Source: Candidatus Marinacidobacterium sp.
Lineage (GTDB): Bacteria > Acidobacteriota > Vicinamibacteria > Marinacidobacterales > Marinacidobacteraceae
Assembly (NCBI GenBank): GCA_965262645.1
Contig: CBDHFO010000017.1
Coordinates: 2,616,582 to 2,680,581 of the forward strand
Direction of reading: 5' to 3'
DNA length: 64,000 nucleotides
How positions within the stretch are numbered: the first letter of the stretch is position 1; each line of letters opens with the position of its first letter. Below are positions 1 to 9,949 of this stretch, piece after piece. The position numbers and the translations under genes were made by a program. The notes under the pieces were generated by a model, which ran no database searches, was not told where the DNA came from, and worked only from the letters and a program-made list of their open reading frames with translations.

Positions 1-16
1 GCCGGAACCCCGTCGA

Positions 17-811
17 ATGAACGCGCCCCTTGCCGCCAGCTCCGGTCAGGAACGGTTTCTCGAACCCGACGATCCGGGCCGGGCGCGGCTTGCGCTGAGC
101 TGGATACCGGGAAGCGACTCGGACGCTCCCATCTGGGTGTTCCTCCACGGCTTGGGCTCCGACCGGAAGGGGGACAAGGCGCGGAGGTTCCGCGACCACC
201 TTGCCGGACGGGGGCCGGGCTTCCTCTCGCTCGACTTCACCGGACACGGCGAGAGTGGGGGCGACTGTCGCGACCTCTCGCTCACCCGCAATCTCGAGGA
301 CATCGGCCGGGCGGTTTCCTTCCTCCGGGAGGAGGCGCCCGGCGCTCCCCTGATTCTCGTGGGATCCTCGATGGGGGGAATCGCCGCGCTCTGGTACGCC
401 GCGCTTCATCCGGCAGGTGTCAGCCAGGTGTTCGCCATCGCTCCCGCCTTCCTGATGGCCGCCCGCTTCGCCGCCAGCCTTTCCGCCGCCGCGCGCCGGG
501 AGTGGGCCGAGCGGGGATTCCTGCCGGTCGCTTACGGGGAGAGCGTCCTCGAATTCGGCTGGGGGGCGGTTGCGGATGAGGACCGCTATGACATGGACCG
601 CCTGGCGGCGGAACTTCGAACCCCTTCGCTGCTGATCCACGGAGCGGAGGACGCGGTGGTGCCGCCGGAGCTCTCACGGGATTTCGCCCATTCCTGTTCC
701 GCCGCCGAGCTGGTCGAGATCGAAGGCGGCGACCACCGGCTGAGCGAACAGAAGGATCTTCTCTTCGAGATCATGTGGTCCGCCGCTTCCGGCGCAGGGG
801 TGGTGACCTGA
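17..811 (+). CDS. alpha/beta-fold hydrolase
   Basis: 264-aa ORF with HGLGSD, GHGESGG, nucleophile elbow GSSMGG and C-terminal GGDH. Its stop overlaps the next ATG (TGATG at 809-813). Confidence 0.8.
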   Translation: MNAPLAASSGQERFLEPDDPGRARLALSWIPGSDSDAPIWVFLHGLGSDRKGDKARRFRDHLAGRGPGFLSLDFTGHGESGGDCRDLSLTRNLEDIGRAVSFLREEAPGAPLILVGSSMGGIAALWYAALHPAGVSQVFAIAPAFLMAARFAASLSAAARREWAERGFLPVAYGESVLEFGWGAVADEDRYDMDRLAAELRTPSLLIHGAEDAVVPPELSRDFAHSCSAAELVEIEGGDHRLSEQKDLLFEIMWSAASGAGVVT

Positions 812-1884
812 TGTCCGCCCTCTTCCTCGCCCTGAGCCTCTACGCGGCGGTCCTGGTAGCCGCCTTCGGCTTTGGGCTCGCGATCGAGCGGGCGGCGCGC
901 GCCTTCTTCCGCAAGAAAGCCGAGAAGACGCAAACCGACTGGGACGACTGGCTCGCCACCGAAGGGTTCCACCTGGTGCCCTCGCTGCTGCTGGCGGTAG
1001 TCGCCACCCGGGTCCTGATGACGATCCGGCCGCCGGCCGACACCGTCGAACCCCTCGTGACCACCGGCCTCCAGGTTGTCCTGGTGCTGGCCGCGATCCG
1101 GGTCGGCGTGGATATCGGCCTCGCGAGCCTCCGCATCCGGCAGCAGCGGCTCGGGCACCAGGGCGTGTCCATCCTCCGCAACACCCTGGTCGGGGTGGCG
1201 CTGACCGTCGGGGTGCTCGTCGTCCTGGACCAGCTTGGGATCTCGGTCGCGCCCCTGCTCGCGACCCTCGGCGTCGGGGCGCTCGCGCTCGCCCTCGCGC
1301 TCCAGCCGACGCTCGGAAACATCTTCGCGGGGATCCAGTTGGTAGCCGCCGCGCAGTTCAAGGTCGGTGACTTCCTCCGGATAAACGACGCCGGGGTCGA
1401 GGGTTACGTCACCGACATCGGGTGGCGGACCACCACCCTCCGGACCCTGCTCGACAACTACGTGATCATCCCGAATTCGCAGCTCGCCGATTCCGTGCTG
1501 ACGAACCTGTACACCCCGAACCCGCGGGTCCGGCTGAGCATCGGCGTCGGGGTTCACTACGACACGGACCTCGACCAGGCCGAGCGCATCGCCCGCGAGG
1601 TGATCCGCGAGGTTCAGGACAAAACGGAAGCCGCGGTCTCCGGTTTCGAGGGCGACATCCGCTGGACGGCCTTCGGGGACTCGGCCATCACCTACGACGC
1701 GATCCTCCAGGCAAACAAACCATTGGATCGCTTCGCGGTCGCCAGCGCCTTCATCAAGACGCTGCACCGCCGCTACGACGAGGCGAATATCGAAATCCCG
1801 TACCCCATCCGGAATCTCTATCTCCGGACCGGACTCGAAGTGACCGGGCCCGGCAGCAAGACGCCCGGTGCGGACCGGGACTGA
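811..1884 (+). CDS. mechanosensitive ion channel, MscS family
   Basis: N-terminal TM helices followed by LGNIFAGIQLVAAAQFKVGDFLRI, the typical MscS pore/beta-domain signature. ATG at 811 is chosen over the upstream in-frame extension. Confidence 0.85.
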   Translation: MSALFLALSLYAAVLVAAFGFGLAIERAARAFFRKKAEKTQTDWDDWLATEGFHLVPSLLLAVVATRVLMTIRPPADTVEPLVTTGLQVVLVLAAIRVGVDIGLASLRIRQQRLGHQGVSILRNTLVGVALTVGVLVVLDQLGISVAPLLATLGVGALALALALQPTLGNIFAGIQLVAAAQFKVGDFLRINDAGVEGYVTDIGWRTTTLRTLLDNYVIIPNSQLADSVLTNLYTPNPRVRLSIGVGVHYDTDLDQAERIAREVIREVQDKTEAAVSGFEGDIRWTAFGDSAITYDAILQANKPLDRFAVASAFIKTLHRRYDEANIEIPYPIRNLYLRTGLEVTGPGSKTPGADRD

Positions 1885-1941
1885 CCGGAGGTCCGGCAAG
1901 CTATCTCCCAACCCTCGCCCCTCGTCTGAAGGAGGTTCTTC

Positions 1942-3702
1942 GTGACAGACGGCAATTCCGCTCGTGCGCGAGCCGGGGGCGGCGGCCCGGAATCTTCGGT
2001 CCGCTACCAGCCGGATGAAAGGCCACCGGAGGCGCTCGCCTTCGGTCTCGGCCTGCAGATGGCGATCCTGCAGATCGCGGGCATCGTCCTCACCCCCGCC
2101 ATCGTGATCCGCGCCGCCGGACTCGGCGAGCCGTACCTCTCGTGGGCGGTCTTCGCCGCGCTCATCGTGTCCGGCCTCTCCACCATTCTGCAGGCGAACC
2201 GCGTCGGCCGGTTCGGCGCCGGGCATGTTCTGCTCATGGGAACTTCCGGCGCCTTCATCGCGATTTCGGTCGCCGCGCTTCGGGAAGGAGGTCCCGCGCT
2301 GCTCGCGGTCCTGGTCCTCGTTTCCTCTCTTTTCCAGTTCGGGCTGGCCTTCCGGCTCACCTGGCTGCGGCGCGTGATCACCCCGACGGTCGCCGGGATC
2401 GTGATCATGCTGATCGCGGCCACCGTGATGCCCATCCTGTTCCCGATGCTGGATGATGTTCCCGAGGGCGCTCCGCCCCTGGCGGCGCTCCTCAGCGCCG
2501 GAGCGGCCCTGGCTGTTTTCGCCGGGCTCGCGCTGCGGGCAAGGGGAGTCCTGCGGCTCTGGGCGCCGCTGATCGGCGTCGTCGTCGGGTCCACGGTGGG
2601 GGTCCTTACCGGGATCTTCGATTTCGAGCCGGTCAGGAACGCCGGCTGGATCGGCATCCCCGCCGGGCGGCCGGGGCTCGACCTGTCGTTCGGGGCCTCC
2701 TTCTGGGCGCTCCTGCCGGCCTTCGTCTTTGTGACCCTGATCGGCGCGATCGAGACGATCGGGGACTCCATCGCCATCCAGCGGGTCTCCTGGCGGAAAC
2801 CCCAGGCGCCCGATTACCGGGTGGTGGCGGGCGCGGTCGCCGCCGACGGCGTTGGCAACCTGCTTTCCGGGATCCTGGGGACGGTCCCGAACACGACCTA
2901 CTCGAACAGCATCTCGATGACCGAGTTGACCGGGGTGGCCTCGCGGCGGGTCGGGACGTGGATCGGCGTCAGCTTCCTCGGTCTCGCCCTCTTCCCCAAG
3001 GTCGCCGCTCTGTTCCTGGCGATTCCGCCGCCGGTGGTGGGCGCCTTCGGCATCGCCCTGATCGGGATCCTGTTCTCTCTCGGCATGCACATGGTCGTGA
3101 AGGACGGCATGAATCTTCAAAAGGCGGTCATCGTCGGCCTCTCCTTCTGGATCGGCACCGGCTTCCAGGCCCGGGCCATCTATCCCGAGCTGCTCGACGG
3201 CTCTTGGGGGGTGTTGCTCGACAACGGAATGACCGCCGGCGGCCTGATGGCCATCCTGCTGATGGTTTTCCTGAACCTCACCGGCGCCCGGCCGAAACGA
3301 CTCGATGCCAGCCTCGACATGTCGGCCGGAGCGAAGATCGAGGAATTCCTGAGACAGCAGGCCGGACGTCGCGGCTGGGATGAGGCCTCGACGGGACGCC
3401 TCGTTTCGGCGGGGGAGGAGGCTCTGCTCACCCTGCTCCCGGATGGAGAATCAGACGAGGCGGGGGCGCGCCAACTCCGGCTCACCGCCCGCACCGGGCG
3501 GCGGTCCGCGGAACTCGAGTTCGTGGCGGCCGCGGGCGGCACGAACATCGAGGATCGGATGGCACTGCTCGGAGACCGTCCCGAGGCCCCCGACGAGAGC
3601 GAGATATCCCTGCGCCTGCTGCGGCACTACGCGAGTTCGGTGCGCCACCAGAAGTACCCCGACGTGGACATCGTGACCGTGGAAGTGGCCGGCCGCGCCT
3701 GA
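1942..3702 (+). CDS. NCS2-type nucleobase (xanthine/uracil) permease with about 150-aa cytoplasmic C-terminal extension
   Basis: GTG start 6 nt after GAAGGAGG. The multi-TM core (LAFGLGLQMAILQIAGIVLTPAIV..., NTTYSNSISMTELTGV) resembles NCS2 permeases. The soluble tail spans 3290-3700. Confidence 0.75.
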   Translation: MTDGNSARARAGGGGPESSVRYQPDERPPEALAFGLGLQMAILQIAGIVLTPAIVIRAAGLGEPYLSWAVFAALIVSGLSTILQANRVGRFGAGHVLLMGTSGAFIAISVAALREGGPALLAVLVLVSSLFQFGLAFRLTWLRRVITPTVAGIVIMLIAATVMPILFPMLDDVPEGAPPLAALLSAGAALAVFAGLALRARGVLRLWAPLIGVVVGSTVGVLTGIFDFEPVRNAGWIGIPAGRPGLDLSFGASFWALLPAFVFVTLIGAIETIGDSIAIQRVSWRKPQAPDYRVVAGAVAADGVGNLLSGILGTVPNTTYSNSISMTELTGVASRRVGTWIGVSFLGLALFPKVAALFLAIPPPVVGAFGIALIGILFSLGMHMVVKDGMNLQKAVIVGLSFWIGTGFQARAIYPELLDGSWGVLLDNGMTAGGLMAILLMVFLNLTGARPKRLDASLDMSAGAKIEEFLRQQAGRRGWDEASTGRLVSAGEEALLTLLPDGESDEAGARQLRLTARTGRRSAELEFVAAAGGTNIEDRMALLGDRPEAPDESEISLRLLRHYASSVRHQKYPDVDIVTVEVAGRA

Positions 3703-3806
3703 TCACTCTCGATGCGGAGCGCCGGAATGACCCGCGGGGCCAAGGGCTGTGGGTGCGTGGCCGGCCGGCCCGGAACGATGGCGACCGCAGCCGGCGGGGT
3801 GCGGGC

Positions 3807-4211
3807 TCAGCGGTCCGCCTGCCTTTCCAGCAGGCGGATCGGTCCCGGGTAGCGCGCGACGGTCCGGTCGGCGGTCAGGAGGGTGATTCCCTCGACCTGG
3901 GCCTGGGCGATCAGGATCCGGTCGAACGGGTCCTGGTGGATGGGTGGCAGGTGGGCCACTGCGGCGGCGTGGGCGCTGGTGATGGGGAGTTCGAAACAGC
4001 CGACTTCGACCAGCGTGGTGCGGAGTACCCCGGGTTCAACGAGGAAATCGGAACGTCCTGTCTGGGACTTGATGGCGACCTCCCAGATGGTCGCCGGGCT
4101 GAATACGGCTGCCGTGTCCGGCGATTCGAGCAAGGCGCGGAGTTCCGGGGTCCGCCGTCCGGGCACGCTGGTCGCCCACAGCAGGACGTGGGTGTCGAGC
4201 AGAAGCCTCAC
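3807..4211 (-). CDS. vapC: PIN-domain toxin, VapC family
   Basis: MRLLLDTHVLLWA start, a conserved acidic residue in the FDRILIAQA region, 134 aa. There is a 4-nt overlap with the upstream antitoxin gene. Confidence 0.85.
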   Translation of the reverse strand: MRLLLDTHVLLWATSVPGRRTPELRALLESPDTAAVFSPATIWEVAIKSQTGRSDFLVEPGVLRTTLVEVGCFELPITSAHAAAVAHLPPIHQDPFDRILIAQAQVEGITLLTADRTVARYPGPIRLLERQADR

Positions 4212-4465
4212 CGGTCATCCTCGATCTTTCCTTTGTACTTGCCCTCGAACATCGCCTGTATCTCGTCGGCGCACATCGTGTCGAAGTCGTCCGGCACCTT
4301 GAAGCGGCTGTCGAGACATCCCACGAGACTCTTCTTCGGGGCTGCCGCCACGGCGCTCACCCGCACCAGGGGCTTCCCGGCGCGGGCGATGATGAACGAT
4401 TCCCCGTTGACGGCCTCTCGCACCAGGCGCGACGTCTTGGCCTCGTGCATATTCACGGTGCGCAT
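4208..4465 (-). CDS. Phd/YefM-type antitoxin
   Basis: 85 aa; MRTVNMHEAKTSRLVREAVNGESFIIARAGKPLVRV matches the Phd/YefM N-terminal pattern. It overlaps the vapC start. Confidence 0.8.
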   Translation of the reverse strand: MRTVNMHEAKTSRLVREAVNGESFIIARAGKPLVRVSAVAAAPKKSLVGCLDSRFKVPDDFDTMCADEIQAMFEGKYKGKIEDDR

Positions 4466-4607
4466 TGCTGGCCTCCCAGGTTAGTCCACTAAGGTTAGTT
4501 TAACATCGCGCCTCACCAGCGCGCCCACTTCGGAGTTGGTGGTGTACGCTCGTTCGGACGCCGCTTCCGGCCCTTCTGGGACACCGGTGGCGAGGGAGGC
4601 GAGACCC

Positions 4608-7600
4608 ATGTTTGTTTCACTTGCATCGTTCGGGAGCACCCGGAGCTGGCGGCGGCAGGCCCGAATCCGGTTCGTCCTTCTCTCTGCACTACTGCTGTTG
4701 GCCGCTCAGCCGGCCGCCGCCCAGACCGCCGAACAGGTGGACTCGGTCCTGAACCGGATCGAATGGCGGAACATCGGACCCGCGATCATGGGCGGCCGGG
4801 TCGACGACTTCGCCGTCGTCGAGTCCGACCCCAAGGTGATGTGGGTCGCGACCGCCTCCGCCGGCGTCTGGAAGACCGAGAACTACGGGATCACCTGGAT
4901 CCCGCAGTTCCAGAACGAGGCGGTCTCCTCGGTCGGTTCGATCGCGGTGGCGGCCTCCGATCCCTCGGTGGTCTGGGTGGGCAGCGGGGAGCCGGCGAAC
5001 CGGCAGAGCAGTTCCTGGGGAAACGGGGTGTACGTCTCCCGGGACGGCGGGACGACCTGGAGTCACAAAGGGCTCGCTGACACCCACCACATCGGCCGGG
5101 TCCTGGTGCACCCGACCGATCCCGACACCGTGTACGTCGCCGCGCTCGGCCATCTCTGGGGCCCGAACGAGGAGCGCGGGGTCTTCCGGACCCGGGACGG
5201 CGGAGAGACCTGGGACAAGGTGCTCTACCACGACGACAACACCGGCGCCGTGGAGCTCGCGATGGATCCCGAGAGCCCCGACACCGTCTATGCGGCCCTT
5301 TACCAGCGGCGGCGGCGGGCCTACGGATTCGCCGGCGGCGGCCCGGGCAGCGGGATCCACCGCACCAGCGACGGCGGGGACACCTGGATGAAGCTGGCCG
5401 GCGGGCTGCCCGCGGGCGACACCGGACGGATCGGCCTGGACGTCTATCGCGGTGACCCGAGGATCGTCTACGCCATCGTCGAGAACAAGGAGGGCGGCGT
5501 CTTCCGCTCCGAGGACAAGGGTCTGACCTGGGAGCGGATGAGCGACACCAACCCGCGGCCCATGTACTACAGCCAGATCCGCATCGACCCGAGCAACGAC
5601 CAGCGCATCTGGGTTCTCGATACCCAGATGTACTACTCCCAGGACGGCGGGCGAACCTTCGCCACCGACTGGGTCCAGGGCATCCATGTGGACCATCACG
5701 CGCTGTGGATCGATCCCGCCGACTCGAACCACATGGTCCTCGGGGGCGATGGGGGCATCCACATCTCCTGGGATCGGGGGCGCGCCTGGGATTTCGTGAA
5801 CACCATCCCGCTCGGGCAGTTCTACGAGATCGGCCACGACATGAGCACCCCCTACCTGGTGTACGGGGGTCTCCAGGACAACGGGAGCTGGGCCGGCCCC
5901 TCGCGGACCCTGTTCCGGCAGGGGATCAGCAATGAGGACTGGTTCCGGATCGGCGGCGGCGACGGCTTTTACACCCAGGTGGTCCCGGGAGATCCGGACA
6001 CCGTTTACGTCGAGTCCCAAAACGGCAACATGCGCCGGCTGAACCGCCGCACCTCGGAAACCAAGCTGATCCGCCCGCAGCCCGAAAACGGCGACGAGCG
6101 CTACCGGTTCGACTGGAACAGTCCCATCGTGGTCTCACCGCACGATCCGAGCACCGTGCTCTACGGCGGGAACCGGCTCTTCATCTCGTCGAACCGCGGC
6201 GACACCTGGACCCGCACCGACGACCTCACCAAGCGCCTCGACCGGGACGAGTTGCCGATCATGGATGTCCCGGTCACCGACGACACCCTTTCGCGCCACG
6301 ACGGGATCTCGAGCTTCGGCCAGATCGTGACGATCGCCATGTCCCCGGTCGAAGCGGGCGTCATCTACGTGGGCGCCGACGACGGCAATCTCCAAAGGAG
6401 CCGGGACGGCGGCGCGACCTGGGACAACCTGACGGGAAATCTGCCCGGAGTCCCCGACCGGACCTACGTGACCCGGCTCGTTGCCTCGGCGCACGCGGCG
6501 GCGCGGGTCTACGTAACCCTCGACGGGCACCGGAACGACGACTACGCCACCTACGCGTTTATGAGCGATGACTACGGGGACAGCTTCCGCTCGATCGGCG
6601 GGACGCTGCCGGCGGAAGCCGCGCTGAACGTGATCCGCGAGCACCACGACAACGAGGACTTCCTGGTGGCCGGCGGCGAGTTCGGGGTGTACGTGACGCT
6701 GGACCGCGGGGCGAGCTGGCACCGGATCGGAGGCCAGATTCCGACGGTGCCGGTGGATGACCTCGCGATTCACCCCCGCGAGAACGACCTGATCCTCGGG
6801 ACCCACGGCCGGAGTGTCTGGATCGCCGACGACATCGCCCCGCTGACAACCCTCGACGCGGCGGTGTTCGAGAAGGACCTGCACCTCTTCCCGGTCCGGG
6901 ACGCGGTCGCCTGGCGGATCTACAACCACAAGGGGAACACCGGCCACAAGTTCTTCATCGCGGAGAACCCTCCCGAGGGCGCGCTGCTGCACATCTACGC
7001 GGGCGCCGCCGGCGAGGCCGAGATCACCGTCAGCGGCGCGGGGGGCGGCGCGGTGCGCACGCTGAAGGCCGAACTCGAGCCGGGGCTCAATCGGGCGAGC
7101 TGGGACCTGCGCCACGACTCCCCCGTTCCGGGCGCCGGCCAGGGCTTCCGCGGCCCGCCGCCCGGCCCGCGGGTGCTCCCGGGCGAGTACACGGTGCGGA
7201 TCGCGAGCGGAGACGCCTCGGCGGAGGGGTCCGTGCAGGTGGCCGAAGACCCCCGGATCCAGATTTCGGAGGCCGACCGCCGCGCCAACTACGACGCCTT
7301 GATGCGACTCACCGGGATGCTCTCCGGGATGAGCCGCGCGCACGAGGCGGCCGAGGCCACCGCCGGCGAGGCGGCGGAACTCGTGACGGCTTTTGCGGAT
7401 GAGCCGGACGGCGAACTGAAGACCCGGGTCGGCGACTTCCAGGAGGCGGCCGCGAAAGCGGCGAAAAACCTTTCCCGGAACGAAGGCCGCGAGGGATTCG
7501 GCGCCGGGCCGCGGCCGCTCTTTGCCCGGATCGGGGGGGAGGCCCGCAACCTCGACGCCTACACCGAGGCGCCCGATGCCGAGGTCCGCGCCCGGATCGA

Positions 7601-7733
7601 TTCGCTCGACGCCGAGTACGACGAGCGGATCGCCGCCTGGGAGGCGGTCCGGGGGCGGATCGACTCGCTGAACGACGCTCTCCGCGGGGGCGGGCCGCCG
7701 CGCCTTACGCCGCGGCCGGGTGGGGTGAACTGA
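4608..7733 (+). CDS. secreted BNR/Asp-box repeat protein (sortilin/VPS10-like, glycosyl-hydrolase-like)
   Basis: ATG at 4608 follows GAGGGAGG. Signal peptide LLSALLLLAAQPAAAQ. Many SxDxGxTW boxes (SRDGGTTWS, TRDGGETWD, SDGGDTWM, SEDKGLTWE, SQDGGRTF, SRDGGATWD). Confidence 0.75.
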   Translation: MFVSLASFGSTRSWRRQARIRFVLLSALLLLAAQPAAAQTAEQVDSVLNRIEWRNIGPAIMGGRVDDFAVVESDPKVMWVATASAGVWKTENYGITWIPQFQNEAVSSVGSIAVAASDPSVVWVGSGEPANRQSSSWGNGVYVSRDGGTTWSHKGLADTHHIGRVLVHPTDPDTVYVAALGHLWGPNEERGVFRTRDGGETWDKVLYHDDNTGAVELAMDPESPDTVYAALYQRRRRAYGFAGGGPGSGIHRTSDGGDTWMKLAGGLPAGDTGRIGLDVYRGDPRIVYAIVENKEGGVFRSEDKGLTWERMSDTNPRPMYYSQIRIDPSNDQRIWVLDTQMYYSQDGGRTFATDWVQGIHVDHHALWIDPADSNHMVLGGDGGIHISWDRGRAWDFVNTIPLGQFYEIGHDMSTPYLVYGGLQDNGSWAGPSRTLFRQGISNEDWFRIGGGDGFYTQVVPGDPDTVYVESQNGNMRRLNRRTSETKLIRPQPENGDERYRFDWNSPIVVSPHDPSTVLYGGNRLFISSNRGDTWTRTDDLTKRLDRDELPIMDVPVTDDTLSRHDGISSFGQIVTIAMSPVEAGVIYVGADDGNLQRSRDGGATWDNLTGNLPGVPDRTYVTRLVASAHAAARVYVTLDGHRNDDYATYAFMSDDYGDSFRSIGGTLPAEAALNVIREHHDNEDFLVAGGEFGVYVTLDRGASWHRIGGQIPTVPVDDLAIHPRENDLILGTHGRSVWIADDIAPLTTLDAAVFEKDLHLFPVRDAVAWRIYNHKGNTGHKFFIAENPPEGALLHIYAGAAGEAEITVSGAGGGAVRTLKAELEPGLNRASWDLRHDSPVPGAGQGFRGPPPGPRVLPGEYTVRIASGDASAEGSVQVAEDPRIQISEADRRANYDALMRLTGMLSGMSRAHEAAEATAGEAAELVTAFADEPDGELKTRVGDFQEAAAKAAKNLSRNEGREGFGAGPRPLFARIGGEARNLDAYTEAPDAEVRARIDSLDAEYDERIAAWEAVRGRIDSLNDALRGGGPPRLTPRPGGVN

Positions 7734-7853
7734 CAACCCCTCCCAAGCGCACCCTTCCCCAAGCGCCGCTGCACCCCGTATGCTCACGCCGGCTGCCTTT
7801 CCCCACCGGCAGCCGGATGACTGAACCCTTCCCCCGCCCGGAGAAAATCGCCT

Positions 7854-9581
7854 ATGTCCCGTCTGCTTGACAAGAACCTGAGCCGCGCCGAATTCCTGAA
7901 ACTCTCGGGCGCCGCTGCCGCTGCGGGGCTTGGAGCCGCCGCCGGCTGCCAGTCGGCGGGATCGAGCCGTCCCGACCTGATCGTGCATAACGCCCGGGTG
8001 TACACCTCGGAATACAGCGAGGGCGCGGAGACGATGGACCAGGCCGAAGCGTTCGCCGTCCAGCACGGGAAGTTCGTGGCGGTGGGCTCGAACGACGAGA
8101 TCATGAACCTCGCCGGGCCCGGCGTCGAGGTGGTGGACGCCGGCGGGATGGCGGTAGTGCCCGGCTTCATCGACGCCCACTGCCACCCCGGCGGGATGCG
8201 CGATCTCTTCGAGGTGAACCTCGACGTCCGGACCATCGACGACATCAAGCTGGCGATCCGCGCCGCCGCCGCCGACACCCAGGCCGGCTACTGGGTGGAC
8301 GGGTTCAAGTACGACGACACCAAGGTCACCGGCGAGAACGGGCAGTACCGGCGGATCACCAGGCAGGATCTCGATGAGGCGTCGACGGAGGTTCCGGTCC
8401 GGGTCTCCCACCGGGGCGGCCACATCTACTGGTACAACTCGAAGGCCTTCGAGATGGCCGGCGTGACCAACGACGTCGCCGATCCGCCGGGCGGCCGTTT
8501 CGAAAAGGACGCGAACGGAGAACTGACGGGCCTCGTCGAGGAGCGGGCCGACGACGTCTTCGACGGGGTCGGGCAACGCCGGGTCTACGGCCGCGCCGAG
8601 TTCCGGCAGGGCGTCGCCCACATGTCCAAGCTGATGACCGCCGCGGGAATCACTGGCGTCCATCAGACCGGCGGGGACTCCGAAGGCCTCCGGGCCCTCG
8701 AGGACGCCTACGCCGCGGGCGAGCTGCGCTACCGGATGTACTACTTCGCCTCCGGGAACTCGGACCTCTACAGCGGCTTGAAGGCCGCCGGGATCCACCG
8801 CGGCTTCGGGAACGAATGGCTCCGGATCGGCGCGGTCAAGTACGGCGCCGACGGATCGGCCTCCGGGCGCACCATGTACATGAGCACCCCGTACGAGGGC
8901 ACCGACGACCACGGCATCCTGACGATGACTCCGGAGGAGATCATGGAGGCGGTCGAGGATGCGCACGCCCACGACTTCCACATCGGGATCCACGCGAATG
9001 GCGACCTCACGATCGGTTACGTGCTCGACGCCTACGAAAAGGTGCTCGCGGACGCGCCGCGGGACGCCCGGCACCGCCTCGAGCACTGCTCGCTGGTGAA
9101 CCCGGAACTCCTCGCCCGGATCCGGGACACCGGCTCCATCCCCACACCGTTTTGGACCTACGTCCACTACCACGGGAACAAGTGGGTGGAGTACGGCGAA
9201 GAGAAGATGAAGTGGATGTTCGCCCACAAATCCTTCCTCGACTACGACATCCCGGTCGCCGGGGCTTCCGACTACGTGCCGGGACCCTACGAGCCGATGA
9301 TGGCGCTCCAGGCCATGGTGACCCGCAAGGACACCCAGGGCCGGGTGTGGGGCGACAACCAGAAGGTCTCGATGGACCAGGCGCTTCGGATCGGCACCAT
9401 CAACGGCGCCCATGCGTCGTTCGAGGAGGACCTGAAGGGCAGCATCAAGGCCGGCAAGCTGGCGGACTTCGTGATGCTCGAGCAGGATCCGCACGACCTG
9501 GCGGAGAACGATCCCGACCAGATCAAGCACATCGGCATCCACCAGACCGTCGTCGGCGGCAAAACCATGCACCAGGCCTAG
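7854..9581 (+). CDS. metal-dependent amidohydrolase (amidohydrolase-3 type), Tat/lipoprotein-like signal
   Basis: N-terminus SRAEFLKLSGAAAAAGLGAAAGC. PGFIDAHCH metal-binding HxH motif, later HANGD and a C-terminal GSIKAGKLADFV motif. Confidence 0.8.
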   Translation: MSRLLDKNLSRAEFLKLSGAAAAAGLGAAAGCQSAGSSRPDLIVHNARVYTSEYSEGAETMDQAEAFAVQHGKFVAVGSNDEIMNLAGPGVEVVDAGGMAVVPGFIDAHCHPGGMRDLFEVNLDVRTIDDIKLAIRAAAADTQAGYWVDGFKYDDTKVTGENGQYRRITRQDLDEASTEVPVRVSHRGGHIYWYNSKAFEMAGVTNDVADPPGGRFEKDANGELTGLVEERADDVFDGVGQRRVYGRAEFRQGVAHMSKLMTAAGITGVHQTGGDSEGLRALEDAYAAGELRYRMYYFASGNSDLYSGLKAAGIHRGFGNEWLRIGAVKYGADGSASGRTMYMSTPYEGTDDHGILTMTPEEIMEAVEDAHAHDFHIGIHANGDLTIGYVLDAYEKVLADAPRDARHRLEHCSLVNPELLARIRDTGSIPTPFWTYVHYHGNKWVEYGEEKMKWMFAHKSFLDYDIPVAGASDYVPGPYEPMMALQAMVTRKDTQGRVWGDNQKVSMDQALRIGTINGAHASFEEDLKGSIKAGKLADFVMLEQDPHDLAENDPDQIKHIGIHQTVVGGKTMHQA

Positions 9582-9632
9582 GAGCGCCGGTCTTCAGACC
9601 GGCATCGCCCCCCGGCAGGGGGGCGAAACTCC
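9581..9632 (+). repeat. double-hairpin REP-like module (solo copy)
   Basis: GGAGCGCCGGTCTTCAGACCGGCATC-GCCCCCCGGCAGGGGGGC-GAAACTCC. It has the same frame as the module in the 40.45-41.25 kb array but a different, still self-complementary second stem. Confidence 0.55.
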
Positions 9633-9844
9633 CGCCGTTGTTCCTCCGCATTGCGCAGCACGCACCGGGGGGTGCCGCCGTCAGTTCGTTTGGATGGGGC
9701 CCCGGTGCCGGACCGCCAGGCGCTGCGCGCCTGATTCGGAACTCCCTTGCGCGCCTCCGGCGCGCGGCGGCGAGTTCCGAATCCTGGTTGTCTTTTTGTG
9801 AAAGGGGGGGTGCCCCCCTTTCACACTTTCCCCCCGGTCACGCC

Positions 9845-9877
9845 GGCAGCGAACGAAGTTCGCTGCCATTGTTTTTT
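9845..9877 (+). terminator. candidate intrinsic terminator
   Basis: GGCAGCGAAC-GAA-GTTCGCTGCC hairpin followed by ATTGTTTTTTG. Confidence 0.45.
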
Positions 9878-9901
9878 GCGCTCGGGGCAGAGCGACGCGC
9901 A

Positions 9902-9949
9902 GGCAAGGGAACGCCGACCTCCGGTCGGCACAGGCCGCCGCAGGCGGCC
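9902..9949 (+). repeat. double-hairpin REP-like module, subfamily 2
   Basis: GGCAAGGGAACGCCGACCTCCGGTCGGCACA-GGCCGCCGCAGGCGGCC. Related copies lie at 57821-57884 (reverse), 21159-21184 (reverse) and 41284-41303 (partial). Confidence 0.5.

Noticed and set aside
586-3120. 844-aa minus-strand ORF. Similar giant antisense ORFs occur at 6135-9572, 34583-38047, 14064-15695, 28825-30312, 30374-32116, 23024-24292, 45850-47136 and 57911-59413.
   Set aside because: They lie antisense to ORFs with clear family signatures. They have Arg/Pro/Gly-rich low-complexity translations and are the expected stop-codon-poor shadow frames of GC-rich DNA.
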